Source: Minisyncoccota bacterium (GTDB lineage Bacteria > Patescibacteriota > Minisyncoccia > Moranbacterales > GCA-2747515). Taken from it: a stretch of 57,698 bases of DNA. The notes below the pieces were generated by a model that was not told the DNA's origin, did not search any database, and saw only the letters and a program-made list of their open reading frames with translations. Below, in pieces: positions 18,466 to 27,438 of the stretch. Made by a program: the position numbers and the translations under genes. Position 1 is the stretch's first letter, and each line of letters begins with the position of its first letter. The stretch is taken from assembly GCA_937936355.1 (NCBI GenBank), contig CALDDM010000028.1:1-57698 (forward strand). The letters are read 5' to 3'.

Positions 18466-18714
18466 ATGCCTATGATACAAAAAGCACTTCATCATAATCA
18501 AGTTTTTACATATGATGATTGTGAGTCTGATATCGCTCTTGTTGTTGACTATATAAAAAGTATGGATGCAAAGTCGTATAAGATTCTGCGAAATCATAAA
18601 GCTAAAGGGGATCCTGAGAAGCTCACATTGGATGGTGGAGACACATTTTATGCTGGGACGATAAATGCCTCAATGCGTGTGAGTTATGACGAGGGTATAT
18701 TTACTAATCAATAA
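18466..18714 (+). CDS. Hypothetical protein (82 aa)
   Basis: ORF only; tight spacing in the operon (11 nt after the tagA-like stop). Confidence 0.4.
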   Translation: MPMIQKALHHNQVFTYDDCESDIALVVDYIKSMDAKSYKILRNHKAKGDPEKLTLDGGDTFYAGTINASMRVSYDEGIFTNQ

Positions 18715-18744
18715 GCCATTACAATACGAAAGCATTTATAGGGT

Positions 18745-20268
18745 ATGAAAAATACTGATACTGACAAATCTGTGCGTGTGCGTATGGCGCCATCTCCAAC
18801 AGGAATGATGCATATTGGTACTTTGCGTACAGTGTTATATGACTATCTTTTTGCTAAGCAGAATGGAGGCTCTTTGGTGCTGCGCGTTGAGGATACAGAC
18901 CAGTCGCGAGAAGTAGATGGTGCTGTTGAAAATCTTTTAACAATGCTTTCATGGGCTGGTTTGGAGCCTGACGAAGGGCCGCGTTTCGATGAGGGAGGAA
19001 AAATAGTTGAGATTGGCACGTATGGACCATATACGCAGTCTCAGAGATTGGATATTTACCGTGACCACATCCAGAAACTGATCGACTCTGATCATGCTTA
19101 CTATTGTTTCTGTAGTGCAGAGCGCTTAGATGAGATGCGTACTGTGCAACAAAAAATGAAACAGCCTCCAATGTATGATCGTACATGTACTCAGCTTACG
19201 GGTGCAGAGGTGCAAGCGCGCATAAGTGCTGGTGAAAAACATGTCGTGCGGATGCGCGTCCCTCGAGGTCGTGAGGTCGTGGTTGATGATGTTGTACGTG
19301 GACGTGTGAGTTTTAGCACTGATACTGTTGACGATCAAGTAATTATGAAATCTGATGGATTTCCTACTTATCACCTTGCCGTTGTTGTCGATGATCATCT
19401 TATGCGTATTTCGCATATTCTGCGTGGTGAGGAGTGGCTGCCAAGTACTCCGAAGCATATTATTCTCTATGACATGTTTGGTTGGGAAATTCCTGTCTTT
19501 GCTCATCTACCACTTCTTTTGGGTCCAGATGGTAAGAAAAAGCTTTCTAAGCGTGATGGAGACGTTTCTGTGGAAGATTTCATTAGGCAGGGCTACTTGC
19601 GTGAAGCTATCATAAATTTTGTGGCATTTCTTGGGTGGAATCCAGGGGGTGGGCAGACCCAAGAGATTTATAGTATTGGAGAGATGCAAGAAATTTTCCG
19701 TCTTGAAAAAGTGCATAAGTCTGGTGCAATTCTTGACCGTGTTAAGCTAGGTAAGATTAATGCGCGGTATATCAAATCTCTTTCCCTCGATGAGCTTTAT
19801 GATGTGGGTGTAGAATTTTTTGATGCTAATGTTAGTGAGTTGTATCCTGAGTGGTCTAAGGATTGGACTGATAGTCAGCGACAGGAAGTGACAAAACGGA
19901 TTATGCTCATCGAACAGGATCGACTTGAAAGACTTTCAGATTTTGCGAAGGAAACCCCATTTTTCTTTCAAGAGAACATCGATGTCTCATCAGGTCTCTT
20001 GCAATGGAAAGATAACTCACGGGAACAAACGCAAGAGGTCTTGAAACGCGCTCATGCGCTGCTGGCATCTGTTGATGATGAAAGCTGGACAAGAGCAAAT
20101 CTACAGGAATTATTGATGCAGGCTGCTGGTGAAGATCGTGGTAGTTTTTTGTGGCCTTTGCGCGCCGCTCTGACAGGACAAAAGAAATCCCCAAGTCCAA
20201 TGGATTGTGCATGGGTTCTTGGCAAAGAAGAAGTGATCAAACGTCTCGAGAATGCGAGTAATCTGTAA
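18745..20268 (+). CDS. gltX: Glutamyl-tRNA synthetase
   Basis: 'RMAPSPTGMMHIGTLRT' (HIGH), 'LRVEDTDQSR', 'KLSKRDG' (KMSKS). Confidence 0.95.
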   Translation: MKNTDTDKSVRVRMAPSPTGMMHIGTLRTVLYDYLFAKQNGGSLVLRVEDTDQSREVDGAVENLLTMLSWAGLEPDEGPRFDEGGKIVEIGTYGPYTQSQRLDIYRDHIQKLIDSDHAYYCFCSAERLDEMRTVQQKMKQPPMYDRTCTQLTGAEVQARISAGEKHVVRMRVPRGREVVVDDVVRGRVSFSTDTVDDQVIMKSDGFPTYHLAVVVDDHLMRISHILRGEEWLPSTPKHIILYDMFGWEIPVFAHLPLLLGPDGKKKLSKRDGDVSVEDFIRQGYLREAIINFVAFLGWNPGGGQTQEIYSIGEMQEIFRLEKVHKSGAILDRVKLGKINARYIKSLSLDELYDVGVEFFDANVSELYPEWSKDWTDSQRQEVTKRIMLIEQDRLERLSDFAKETPFFFQENIDVSSGLLQWKDNSREQTQEVLKRAHALLASVDDESWTRANLQELLMQAAGEDRGSFLWPLRAALTGQKKSPSPMDCAWVLGKEEVIKRLENASNL

Positions 20269-20279
20269 GTCATTATCTC

Positions 20280-20789
20280 ATGGGTGAACATAATGTATAT
20301 GAAGGAAGGTATATAACGGTTACTGAGGAGACGATTGATTATCATACATACGAGCGTATGTATTTACGTCCTGGTATTGTGGTTTTGCCAGTCAATCAAC
20401 GGAAAATCTTACTCATACTAGAGGACCGCGTCCATGAGGTAGAGCCTCGTTGGAAACTTGTCAGTGGTTGGATGGATAAAGATGGTCTGGATGATCTTGA
20501 GATTGCGCAAGAGGAGTTGGCTGAGGAGGTTGGTATGGCGAGTGATCAATGGGAGAAGTTGCCTTTTTGTGGACGCTCTCGTAATACGCTCAATGTACCT
20601 ATTGCATATTTTGCTGCGCATAACCCTTATCATCTCTCAAATCCGCCGCAAAATCCAGATAATGATGTTGTTCTTGAACGGAAATGGGTTGATTTTGCAA
20701 TGTATAACAATCTCTTGGATGATGGTGCTGTGATGTGGGATCGCGATGCGCTCTATGCTTTAAAGTTTTTAGAGTCTATCTCGGAGTAA
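20280..20789 (+). CDS. NUDIX hydrolase
   Basis: Nudix-box-like 'SGWMDKDGLDDLEIAQEELAEEVG'. Confidence 0.75.
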   Translation: MGEHNVYEGRYITVTEETIDYHTYERMYLRPGIVVLPVNQRKILLILEDRVHEVEPRWKLVSGWMDKDGLDDLEIAQEELAEEVGMASDQWEKLPFCGRSRNTLNVPIAYFAAHNPYHLSNPPQNPDNDVVLERKWVDFAMYNNLLDDGAVMWDRDALYALKFLESISE

Positions 20790-20886
20790 AGGTCTTATAG
20801 GTGTGAGGATTAAGCTGCTTCTTGTTGAGATAGTGACCATTGACGAGTAATGGTTTTTTTGATAGAATTGACTGTTGTCATAATTT

Positions 20887-22419
20887 ATGTCCTCAGGGAT
20901 ACATGTCTCAGATCTGATGAAGTCAATTTCTCAATGGCCAATGGCTGTGAAAAACCTATTGCTTACCCTCTGTGCTTTTGTAATAGGTGTGATCGTTGCG
21001 ATCATGCTGTTTTCGTTTTTCCCGGTATCTGGAGTTCAAAGTGACGCAATTATCCTTGCTCCTGAGGAACTTCAGGGCGATCTATTTGTTTTGGAGACAT
21101 CTCCGTTGATGATTGTGGAGGGTGCAATTACTGCAAATGAGGATTTTATGAAGGAATACATGCACAGGGTCGAGATGCGTGATCGATCAACATTGTTCTC
21201 TATTGCATCGTTTGGCAAGGTGACTGGGGGTGAACTCGTGCAGGAGAATCGACGTGTATTGCAAAGTCTATTTATTGAGCTTGGATCTTTTTATGGGCAG
21301 AGAGTTTTTTCAGATCGATTTGCCGGTATGGCATTTCGCAGTGTTGGCGATGTGTATCGTGTGATTGCATGGGATCGGGTGATGCTGATTGCGCTTATCA
21401 GTAGTGTTGTTGGGGGTCTTGCGCAGTTGCTGTTGCAAAATGTATTGCGCCTTGGTCAACGAGAAGGTGATGTGCATTCAACTGAGAATGCCTCAAAAGA
21501 CTTAAGATGGAAATCTGATATTCGTGATCGTGAGATTGACGTCGTTAAAGAGACTCATGTGCCAGAATCGTTATCTCGTGAAGCGCATGAAGATCGTGCT
21601 ACAGATCCACACGAGAGGCTTGCGCCGCTATCCCGGCTTTTGGAGGGCCATAAAGATCTTGAAGAGACTGATGGTATATATGAGGAAATGCATGAGGGAT
21701 GGACACATGATCATTGGGAAGAAATGGGTGATGTATCTGATGAGGGTCAGCCTACACAAAATCATGATATAGATGTGCATGATGGTGAAAAATCTGCCCA
21801 AACAATCACATCGCTTTCTGCAATCTTGCCGACGCTTGAGCCTGGGGAGAATGAGATGATTGTAAAAGAGGGTGGTGATACTGTGGAGCTGGAAGCGGCT
21901 TTGGCGAGCGACGTTACTAATGTGGTAGATGAGCAACCACAGAGCACTCGAGAAGATATGCAAGATGTGCATGGCGATAATCCGCGTGTATCAGCACTTC
22001 TTGCTAATCTCCCAAAAGATAAGAAGATGGATACGCAGGCGAGTCTTACCAAAACTTCTCATGCAACTCGTAGTGCGCCAGGAAATTTACCAATTGTGGA
22101 TCCTGCGCTTCTCGATGCATTTGGAGTTGAAAATTCGATTCGTGAAGAGTCAGATTTTGTAAGTAAAAGTGTTGTTGATGATCTTCGAGGAAGCGCAGAG
22201 GCTTTTGATATGGAGTCTCGCGTAACTGACAATCGAAGCAGTATGCCAAAGCATGTTGATTTTGAGAGTGCGCAATCACAGCAATTAATTGAGTCTGACG
22301 TCCAAAAGGAGGAGGCATCCTCTATTCCATCTGTGCGTGACACCGAGAGAGGTGTCCCTGAGCCAAGTAATGAAGAGCTGAAGGAGCGGTTAAATAAATT
22401 GTTACGAGGTGAGTTGTAG
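20887..22419 (+). CDS. Hypothetical two-TM protein with ~330-aa acidic, probably disordered tail
   Basis: TMs at 'LLLTLCAFVIGVIVAIMLFSFF' and 'VMLIALISSVVGGLAQLLL'; the remainder is E/D/H-rich with no recognisable domain. Confidence 0.6.
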   Translation: MSSGIHVSDLMKSISQWPMAVKNLLLTLCAFVIGVIVAIMLFSFFPVSGVQSDAIILAPEELQGDLFVLETSPLMIVEGAITANEDFMKEYMHRVEMRDRSTLFSIASFGKVTGGELVQENRRVLQSLFIELGSFYGQRVFSDRFAGMAFRSVGDVYRVIAWDRVMLIALISSVVGGLAQLLLQNVLRLGQREGDVHSTENASKDLRWKSDIRDREIDVVKETHVPESLSREAHEDRATDPHERLAPLSRLLEGHKDLEETDGIYEEMHEGWTHDHWEEMGDVSDEGQPTQNHDIDVHDGEKSAQTITSLSAILPTLEPGENEMIVKEGGDTVELEAALASDVTNVVDEQPQSTREDMQDVHGDNPRVSALLANLPKDKKMDTQASLTKTSHATRSAPGNLPIVDPALLDAFGVENSIREESDFVSKSVVDDLRGSAEAFDMESRVTDNRSSMPKHVDFESAQSQQLIESDVQKEEASSIPSVRDTERGVPEPSNEELKERLNKLLRGEL

Positions 22420-22483
22420 TCAATTTTAGGCTGAGTTTTTTTGATCCTGTTTTACAGGATTTTTTAGTTTGTCAGCGGCTTTG

Positions 22484-22492
22484 TGGTAAAAT
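22484..22492 (+). promoter_or_regulatory. Extended -10 TGGTAAAAT exactly 6 nt upstream of rmlC ATG (leaderless candidate)
   Basis: TGnTAAAAT 22484-22492, N6 (AGTTTC), ATG 22499. Confidence 0.45.
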
Positions 22493-22498
22493 AGTTTC

Positions 22499-23068
22499 AT
22501 GAAGGTACAGGATTCAGATATAGATGGCGTAAAGATTATTACCCCAAAACTCTATGGTGATGAGAGAGGCTTTTTTGTCGAGAGTTATGGTGTAAAGCGA
22601 TATATGGAGCTGTCTGGTATTGGTGATGGCTTTGTACAGGACAACGTCTCATCTTCTGTAAAGGGCGTATTACGTGGTCTGCATTTTCAATCTAGTCCAC
22701 ACGCTCAAGGTAAGCTGGTAAGTGTGTTGAGTGGGAGGGTCTTTGATGTTGCTGTTGATTTGCGACAAGGATCACAGACGTATGGACATCATGTCTCTGT
22801 GGAATTGTCGGCACCACAAAGAGAGTCTGACGGGGAATGGCTTTGGCAGCAGTTTTGGATTCCGCCGGGATTTGCGCATGGCTTTCTTGCGTTGGAGGAT
22901 CATACAATTTTTACGTATAAGTGTACGCAAGGATATGCGCCAGATTCGGATGGTGGGATATGGTGGAACGATCCAGAGATTGCAATACAGTGGCCGGAGA
23001 TCGGGTGTGATAAAATAATTTCGGAAAAAGATGCAGCGCTCCCATACTTAAAAGATTTAAAGCTGTAA
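22499..23068 (+). CDS. rfbC: dTDP-4-dehydrorhamnose 3,5-epimerase
   Basis: 'GDERGFF.E…QDN.S.S…GVLRGLHFQ…KLV.V..G.VFDVAVDLR' is the RmlC cupin signature. Confidence 0.95.
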   Translation: MKVQDSDIDGVKIITPKLYGDERGFFVESYGVKRYMELSGIGDGFVQDNVSSSVKGVLRGLHFQSSPHAQGKLVSVLSGRVFDVAVDLRQGSQTYGHHVSVELSAPQRESDGEWLWQQFWIPPGFAHGFLALEDHTIFTYKCTQGYAPDSDGGIWWNDPEIAIQWPEIGCDKIISEKDAALPYLKDLKL

Positions 23069-23080
23069 TACTATAGAAAT

Positions 23081-24097
23081 ATGAAAATTCTTGTAACGGG
23101 AGGATCGGGATTTATTGGAGCGAATTTCATTCATTTTATTCTTGAGAAGTATCCAGATTATCAGATTGTTAATCTAGATAAATTAACCTACTCAGGAAAC
23201 AGTGCCAACACAGATCAGTGGAGTAATGACGAGAGATATACGTTTATTCATGGTGATATTTGTGATGCTTCTGTAGTCCAAGGTGCTATGAACGATGTGG
23301 ATTTAGTTGTTCATTTTGCCGCAGAGAGTCACGTGGATAGAAGCGTTTTGAGTGCGCGTGAGTTTGTTGTGACGAATGTCGTCGGGACACAAGTGCTTCT
23401 TGACGCAGCTAGGGGTGCTGGTATAAAGCGATTTCATCATATATCAACGGATGAGGTCTTTGGTGAGCTTGAGGCTGGTGAGGAGCCATTTACTGAGGAA
23501 ACGTCGTATGATCCCCGAAGTCCTTATAGCGCCTCAAAAGCTGCATCAGATCATCTTGTTCGTGCGTATCATCACACGCATGGCCTGCCAATAACAATTA
23601 GCAACTGTACAAATAATTATGGGCCATACCATTTTCCTGAGAAATTGATACCTCTTACAATTACTAATCTTATGGAGGGCAAGAAGGCGACGGTGTACGG
23701 GAAGGGTGAGCAGGTTCGAGATTGGCTTCATGTGAGTGATCATTGCAAAGCAATTGATTTGATTCTACATGAGGGCGATGATGGCGAAACGTATGGTGTC
23801 GGCGGTGATAACCAACCAACAAATAAACAGATAGTACAGCAAATCATAGATTTACTTGGTATGGATGAAGATGGAAGTATTGAATATGTAGGTGATAGAC
23901 CTGGCCACGACTTTCGCTATGATATAGATTACACAAAGATCACACAGGCACTTGGCTGGAAACCAGAGATGACACTAGACACTGGGTTGGCGCACACTGT
24001 TCAATGGTACAAGGAGAATGAAGACTGGTGGAAACCACTTCGTAATCGAGACTATGATGAATATATGAAGCTTCATATGAAAGATAAGGGTAAGTGA
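23081..24097 (+). CDS. rfbB: dTDP-glucose 4,6-dehydratase
   Basis: 'ILVTGGSGFIGANF', 'HFAAESHVDRS', 'YSASKAASDHLVRAY' (YxxxK). Confidence 0.95.
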   Translation: MKILVTGGSGFIGANFIHFILEKYPDYQIVNLDKLTYSGNSANTDQWSNDERYTFIHGDICDASVVQGAMNDVDLVVHFAAESHVDRSVLSAREFVVTNVVGTQVLLDAARGAGIKRFHHISTDEVFGELEAGEEPFTEETSYDPRSPYSASKAASDHLVRAYHHTHGLPITISNCTNNYGPYHFPEKLIPLTITNLMEGKKATVYGKGEQVRDWLHVSDHCKAIDLILHEGDDGETYGVGGDNQPTNKQIVQQIIDLLGMDEDGSIEYVGDRPGHDFRYDIDYTKITQALGWKPEMTLDTGLAHTVQWYKENEDWWKPLRNRDYDEYMKLHMKDKGK

Positions 24098-24191
24098 GTA
24101 CGTGATGATGTGAATGTGTGTTGATAGCCCTGTTAAGGGTTTTATCATATTCTTTAAATAACAAATTGAGTTGAGGTAGTTTTCATTTCTT

Positions 24192-24815
24192 ATGATCAAA
24201 GGAACGGGTAAGCATCACTATTTTTCGTTTTCGAATTTTAATAAAGTCATTCGCACAATGGTTTTTTCGGAGGTGCTTGTTATGAGTGCATTTGGTCTGA
24301 CTGCTCCAATTTTTGCGATCTATATTACGGGAGACATTAAGGGGGCTGATGTCCAGACTGCTGCACTGGCAACAACAATCTATCTCATGACGAGGAGTCT
24401 GGGTCAGGTTCCTATTGGTATGCTTATTGATCGTATGCGTGGCGAAAGAGATGATTTGATCGCGATGATCGTCGGAACACTCCTTTCAGGTTTTGTGCCA
24501 TTGATGTATATGTATGCAGATTTGCCGTGGCATGTTTATGCAATTCAATTTTTTTATGGCTTGTCCGCTGCTATTATTTTTCCCGCATGGATGGCGATTT
24601 TTACGCGGCATATCGATGCTCGACATGAGGGAATGGAGTGGGGTGCTTACCGATCATTTGTTGATCTAGGAACAGCGCTTGCAGCCTTTGCCGGGGGATT
24701 TATAGCGGTCAAATATGGGTTTGACGCTGTTTTTATGATTGTCAGTGCTATGACATTTGCTGCAGCACTTCACTTGCTCAGTTTGCGCGATATTCTTATT
24801 AAGAAAAATAAATGA
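24192..24815 (+). CDS. Six-TM half-size MFS-like membrane protein
   Basis: Six hydrophobic segments; MFS motif-A-like 'GQVPIGMLIDRMRGERD' between TM2 and TM3. Its stop overlaps the rmlD start (ATGA at 24812-24815). The start may be internal (ATG 24258). Confidence 0.6.
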   Translation: MIKGTGKHHYFSFSNFNKVIRTMVFSEVLVMSAFGLTAPIFAIYITGDIKGADVQTAALATTIYLMTRSLGQVPIGMLIDRMRGERDDLIAMIVGTLLSGFVPLMYMYADLPWHVYAIQFFYGLSAAIIFPAWMAIFTRHIDARHEGMEWGAYRSFVDLGTALAAFAGGFIAVKYGFDAVFMIVSAMTFAAALHLLSLRDILIKKNK

Positions 24816-25780
24816 AACAGAAGATCTTGATACTAGGTGCAAAGGGGATGCTCGGTGGTGAATTAGTTCGTATTTTTGAGTGTGACGAAAATTACGAGGT
24901 GATTGCTTGGGATAAAGAGGACATAGACGTTACCGATCACGTGCGCTTGAAGCAAAAAATAGACGGTTTGTGGCCTGATATTATATGTAATGCTATCGCT
25001 TATAACGCAGTGGATGCATGTGAGGATGACTATATTGAGCAAGACAGGGCAATAGCTTTGAATACTACATACCCTGAAACTCTTGCGAAGATTGCAAAAT
25101 CGCTTCAGGCAGTTTGCGTTCACTATTCAACGGATTATGTGTTTGATGGTGAGCGGCCAGTTTATAAGGATGGTGCTTTATCACCATCGTGTTGTGGTGG
25201 TTCTTGTCGTGGTTGTATGTATCGAGGTTCTGAAGATACTATTGAGAATTATGTTTATGTGGAAGATGATTTGCCCAAGCCGCTCTCACGCTATGGGCAA
25301 ACAAAATATGATGGCGAGCAGGCAGTAAGTAAATGTGCTGGTCGATATTATATTATTCGACTCTCAAAGCTCTTTGGTATGCCCGCTGTAAGTGCTGCTG
25401 GTAAAAAAAGTTTCTTTGACGTAATGTTGGAGAAAGGTCAATCTTGTATGGAAAGTGGAGAGTCTATAAGGGTTGTAGATGGTGAGGTGTCAAAATTTAC
25501 ATATGCTCCAGATCTTGCCTTGGAAACGAAGGCGATTATCGAAGATGGGAGTGAGAGTGGTGTCTATCATATTGTAAATGATGGTGCATGTACATGGTTT
25601 GATGCTGTTCTAGAGCTTTACGCTCTTACAGGTATAAATGTGCACATTGAGCCTGTTACGCCAGAGACTTTTCAGCGACCAGCACCAAGGCCTCGTTGCT
25701 CAGTGCTTGGCACCACAAAGAGGGAGACGCTACGCCACTATAAGCAGGCGCTGGCAGAATACTTGGAGCTATCTCGTTAG
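24812..25780 (+). CDS. rfbD: dTDP-4-dehydrorhamnose reductase with Cys-rich insertion
   Basis: 'ILILGAKGMLG', 'HYSTDYVFDG', 'YGQTKYDGE', C-terminal 'RPRCSVL'. Extra 'SPSCCGGSCRGCMYRGSEDTIENYVYVEDD' lies between the STDYVFDG and YGxTK motifs. Confidence 0.85.
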   Translation: MKQKILILGAKGMLGGELVRIFECDENYEVIAWDKEDIDVTDHVRLKQKIDGLWPDIICNAIAYNAVDACEDDYIEQDRAIALNTTYPETLAKIAKSLQAVCVHYSTDYVFDGERPVYKDGALSPSCCGGSCRGCMYRGSEDTIENYVYVEDDLPKPLSRYGQTKYDGEQAVSKCAGRYYIIRLSKLFGMPAVSAAGKKSFFDVMLEKGQSCMESGESIRVVDGEVSKFTYAPDLALETKAIIEDGSESGVYHIVNDGACTWFDAVLELYALTGINVHIEPVTPETFQRPAPRPRCSVLGTTKRETLRHYKQALAEYLELSR

Positions 25781-25805
25781 ATCACTTTTTTCATAAGGGA
25801 GGGTG

Positions 25806-25834
25806 TTGACAGACTAGGGCTATTGCGATACTAT
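25806..25834 (+). promoter_or_regulatory. Near-consensus promoter TTGACA-17-TACTAT for rplJL
   Basis: -35 TTGACA 25806-25811, 17-nt spacer, -10 TACTAT 25829-25834. Confidence 0.6.
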
Positions 25835-25840
25835 TCTCTT

Positions 25841-26000
25841 ACAATCTAAAAGCTCCGTAGAAGTGTAGGCTACATCAAATTTGTATGTTATAAGACCTTA
25901 CTGAGGAATAACCTGTGACACATTTTTTGTGTGTCGGTCGAAATAGTGTTTGTTATTCTGCGTTGCTGCAGGATTTTTATTTGTCTTAAAATTATAGACA
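25841..26000 (+). promoter_or_regulatory. ~160-nt 5' leader of rplJ (candidate L10(L12)n autoregulatory leader)
   Basis: Long untranslated leader between the promoter and ATG 26001, with small hairpins (e.g. GACACA…TGTGTC). The function is assigned by analogy to known L10 leaders; no structural motif was verified. Confidence 0.35.
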
Positions 26001-26516
26001 ATGTTAACGCGTAGTCAAAAAGAAGAAATTGTTCAGAAGCTTACAAATCAACTTGCAGATTCTCCTGCAGCAGTTTTTGCTGACTTTAAGGGGTTGAGCG
26101 CAAATGATATGGTTCAAGCAAAGCGCGATTTGCGTGAAGCTGGTTCGTCATTTCAGGTCATTAAAAAAAGTCTTTTGGCAATTGCATTGAAAAATAATGA
26201 CATTGAACTTGATCCTAAGTCCCTTGATGGTCAGATTGCGGTCGCTGTATCACCGGATGAGGTAACGAGTGCAAAGCTTATTGCAAAAATTGCCAAAGGG
26301 AATGAAGCAGTTAAGATTGTTGGTGGTGTTCTCGAGGGTGAGATTTTGTCGCAAGATGAGGCCGTGGCACTATCAAAGATGCCATCACTCGACGAACTCC
26401 GTGGTCAGTTGATTGGTCTCTTGCAATCACCAGCGCAGGGATTTGTTGGATCGTTGCAGTCGCCGCAGCAAGCATTTGTTGGTGCTATGGAGGCATTTGG
26501 TGGAAAGTCAGAGTAG
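26001..26516 (+). CDS. rplJ: 50S ribosomal protein L10
   Basis: 'KEEIVQKL…ADFKGLSANDM..AKRDLREAG…KVIKKSL' is typical L10; followed by rplL. Confidence 0.9.
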   Translation: MLTRSQKEEIVQKLTNQLADSPAAVFADFKGLSANDMVQAKRDLREAGSSFQVIKKSLLAIALKNNDIELDPKSLDGQIAVAVSPDEVTSAKLIAKIAKGNEAVKIVGGVLEGEILSQDEAVALSKMPSLDELRGQLIGLLQSPAQGFVGSLQSPQQAFVGAMEAFGGKSE

Positions 26517-26559
26517 TAGGAAGATAGTTAGTATAAATTTAGAATTTTAGAAAATAGTT

Positions 26560-26931
26560 ATGGCGGATATCAAAAAACTTGCTGATGAGTTTGTCTCACT
26601 TAGCGTGAAAGAAGTAAATGAACTTGTAACTCTTCTCAAGGAGGAGCACGGTATTGAGCCTGCAGCAGCAGCTGTTGCAGTAGCAGGTCCAGGTGGAGGT
26701 GGTGAGGCAGCTGAAGAAAAGTCTAGCTTTGATGTAGAGTTGACAGCTGCTGGAGACAGTAAGATCAATGTGATCAAGGCTGTGCGGGAGATTTCAGGTC
26801 AGGGCCTTAAGGAGGCAAAAGACATGGTTGATGGTGCTCCAGTGGTACTGAAAGAAGGTGCTTCTAAGGAGGAGGCAGAGGAAATGAAGGGTAAGCTTGA
26901 AGAAGCTGGCGCAACTGTAACACTGAAATAG
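26560..26931 (+). CDS. rplL: 50S ribosomal protein L7/L12
   Basis: N-terminal dimerisation helix, Ala/Gly hinge '[19 protein letters not shown]', C-terminal '[27 protein letters not shown]…[24 protein letters not shown]'. Confidence 0.97.
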   Translation: MADIKKLADEFVSLSVKEVNELVTLLKEEHGIEPAAAAVAVAGPGGGGEAAEEKSSFDVELTAAGDSKINVIKAVREISGQGLKEAKDMVDGAPVVLKEGASKEEAEEMKGKLEEAGATVTLK

Positions 26932-26964
26932 TCGAACTTTCTTATTTTGAGAGAAGGCTAGATT

Positions 26965-26990
26965 AAAAAGTCCCTGTCCGGGGACTTTTT
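26965..26990 (+). terminator. Rho-independent terminator after rplL
   Basis: AAAAAGTCCC-TGTCCG-GGGACTTTTT hairpin with flanking A and T tracts. Confidence 0.75.
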
Positions 26991-27429
26991 AATATGAGCC
27001 CAAAAAAGGCATTATGTTTTTGTAAAAACGATTTGTGAGACGTTGATTACAAGCTTCCTTTGCAGGTCTTTGGGGCATTTGAGGTGCGTTGCATGATAGT
27101 GTATTTTTGATATAACTGAATACTGTGTTATTTTTCTATAGAACACCACACAAGACAAGGAGAAGTTGGAGAGTTCAGGTGTGATATGTATGGATCTCTA
27201 TAAGTGTTAAAACTTTTATGTACTGCATGTGATATGCACGAAAGTACAAGTGTGATGTTTTCGTTTCGACTGGAGCCTGGCGAGTGCAGAAGAATTGATG
27301 TCAGAGATGCAAATTTCATGATGATAGGCAGAGAGAAATGGCGTATTTTATATTCGATGTTAGGTTTTTTCCTTGATTTTTGTTCTCAATGCGATGCGCT
27401 GTGACTCATTGGTCATAGGGCTTTGCGGT

Positions 27430-27438
27430 TGGTATAAT
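27430..27438 (+). promoter_or_regulatory. Extended -10 TGGTATAAT exactly 6 nt upstream of mutY-like ATG (leaderless candidate)
   Basis: TGnTATAAT 27430-27438, N6 (GTTTTT), ATG 27445. Confidence 0.45.

Noticed and set aside
24126-24143. AGCCCT-GTTA-AGGGTT hairpin after rmlB as a terminator
   Set aside because: It is only a 6-bp stem with a G-U pair and a poor U-tract, and the downstream genes look co-transcribed (the overlapping ATGA at 24812).
27128-27404. Two overlapping 63-66 aa ORFs in the rplL-mutY gap
   Set aside because: They lie on opposite strands and overlap each other. They have no start context and no motifs, and the Cys/Phe-rich translations are typical of non-coding AT-rich sequence.
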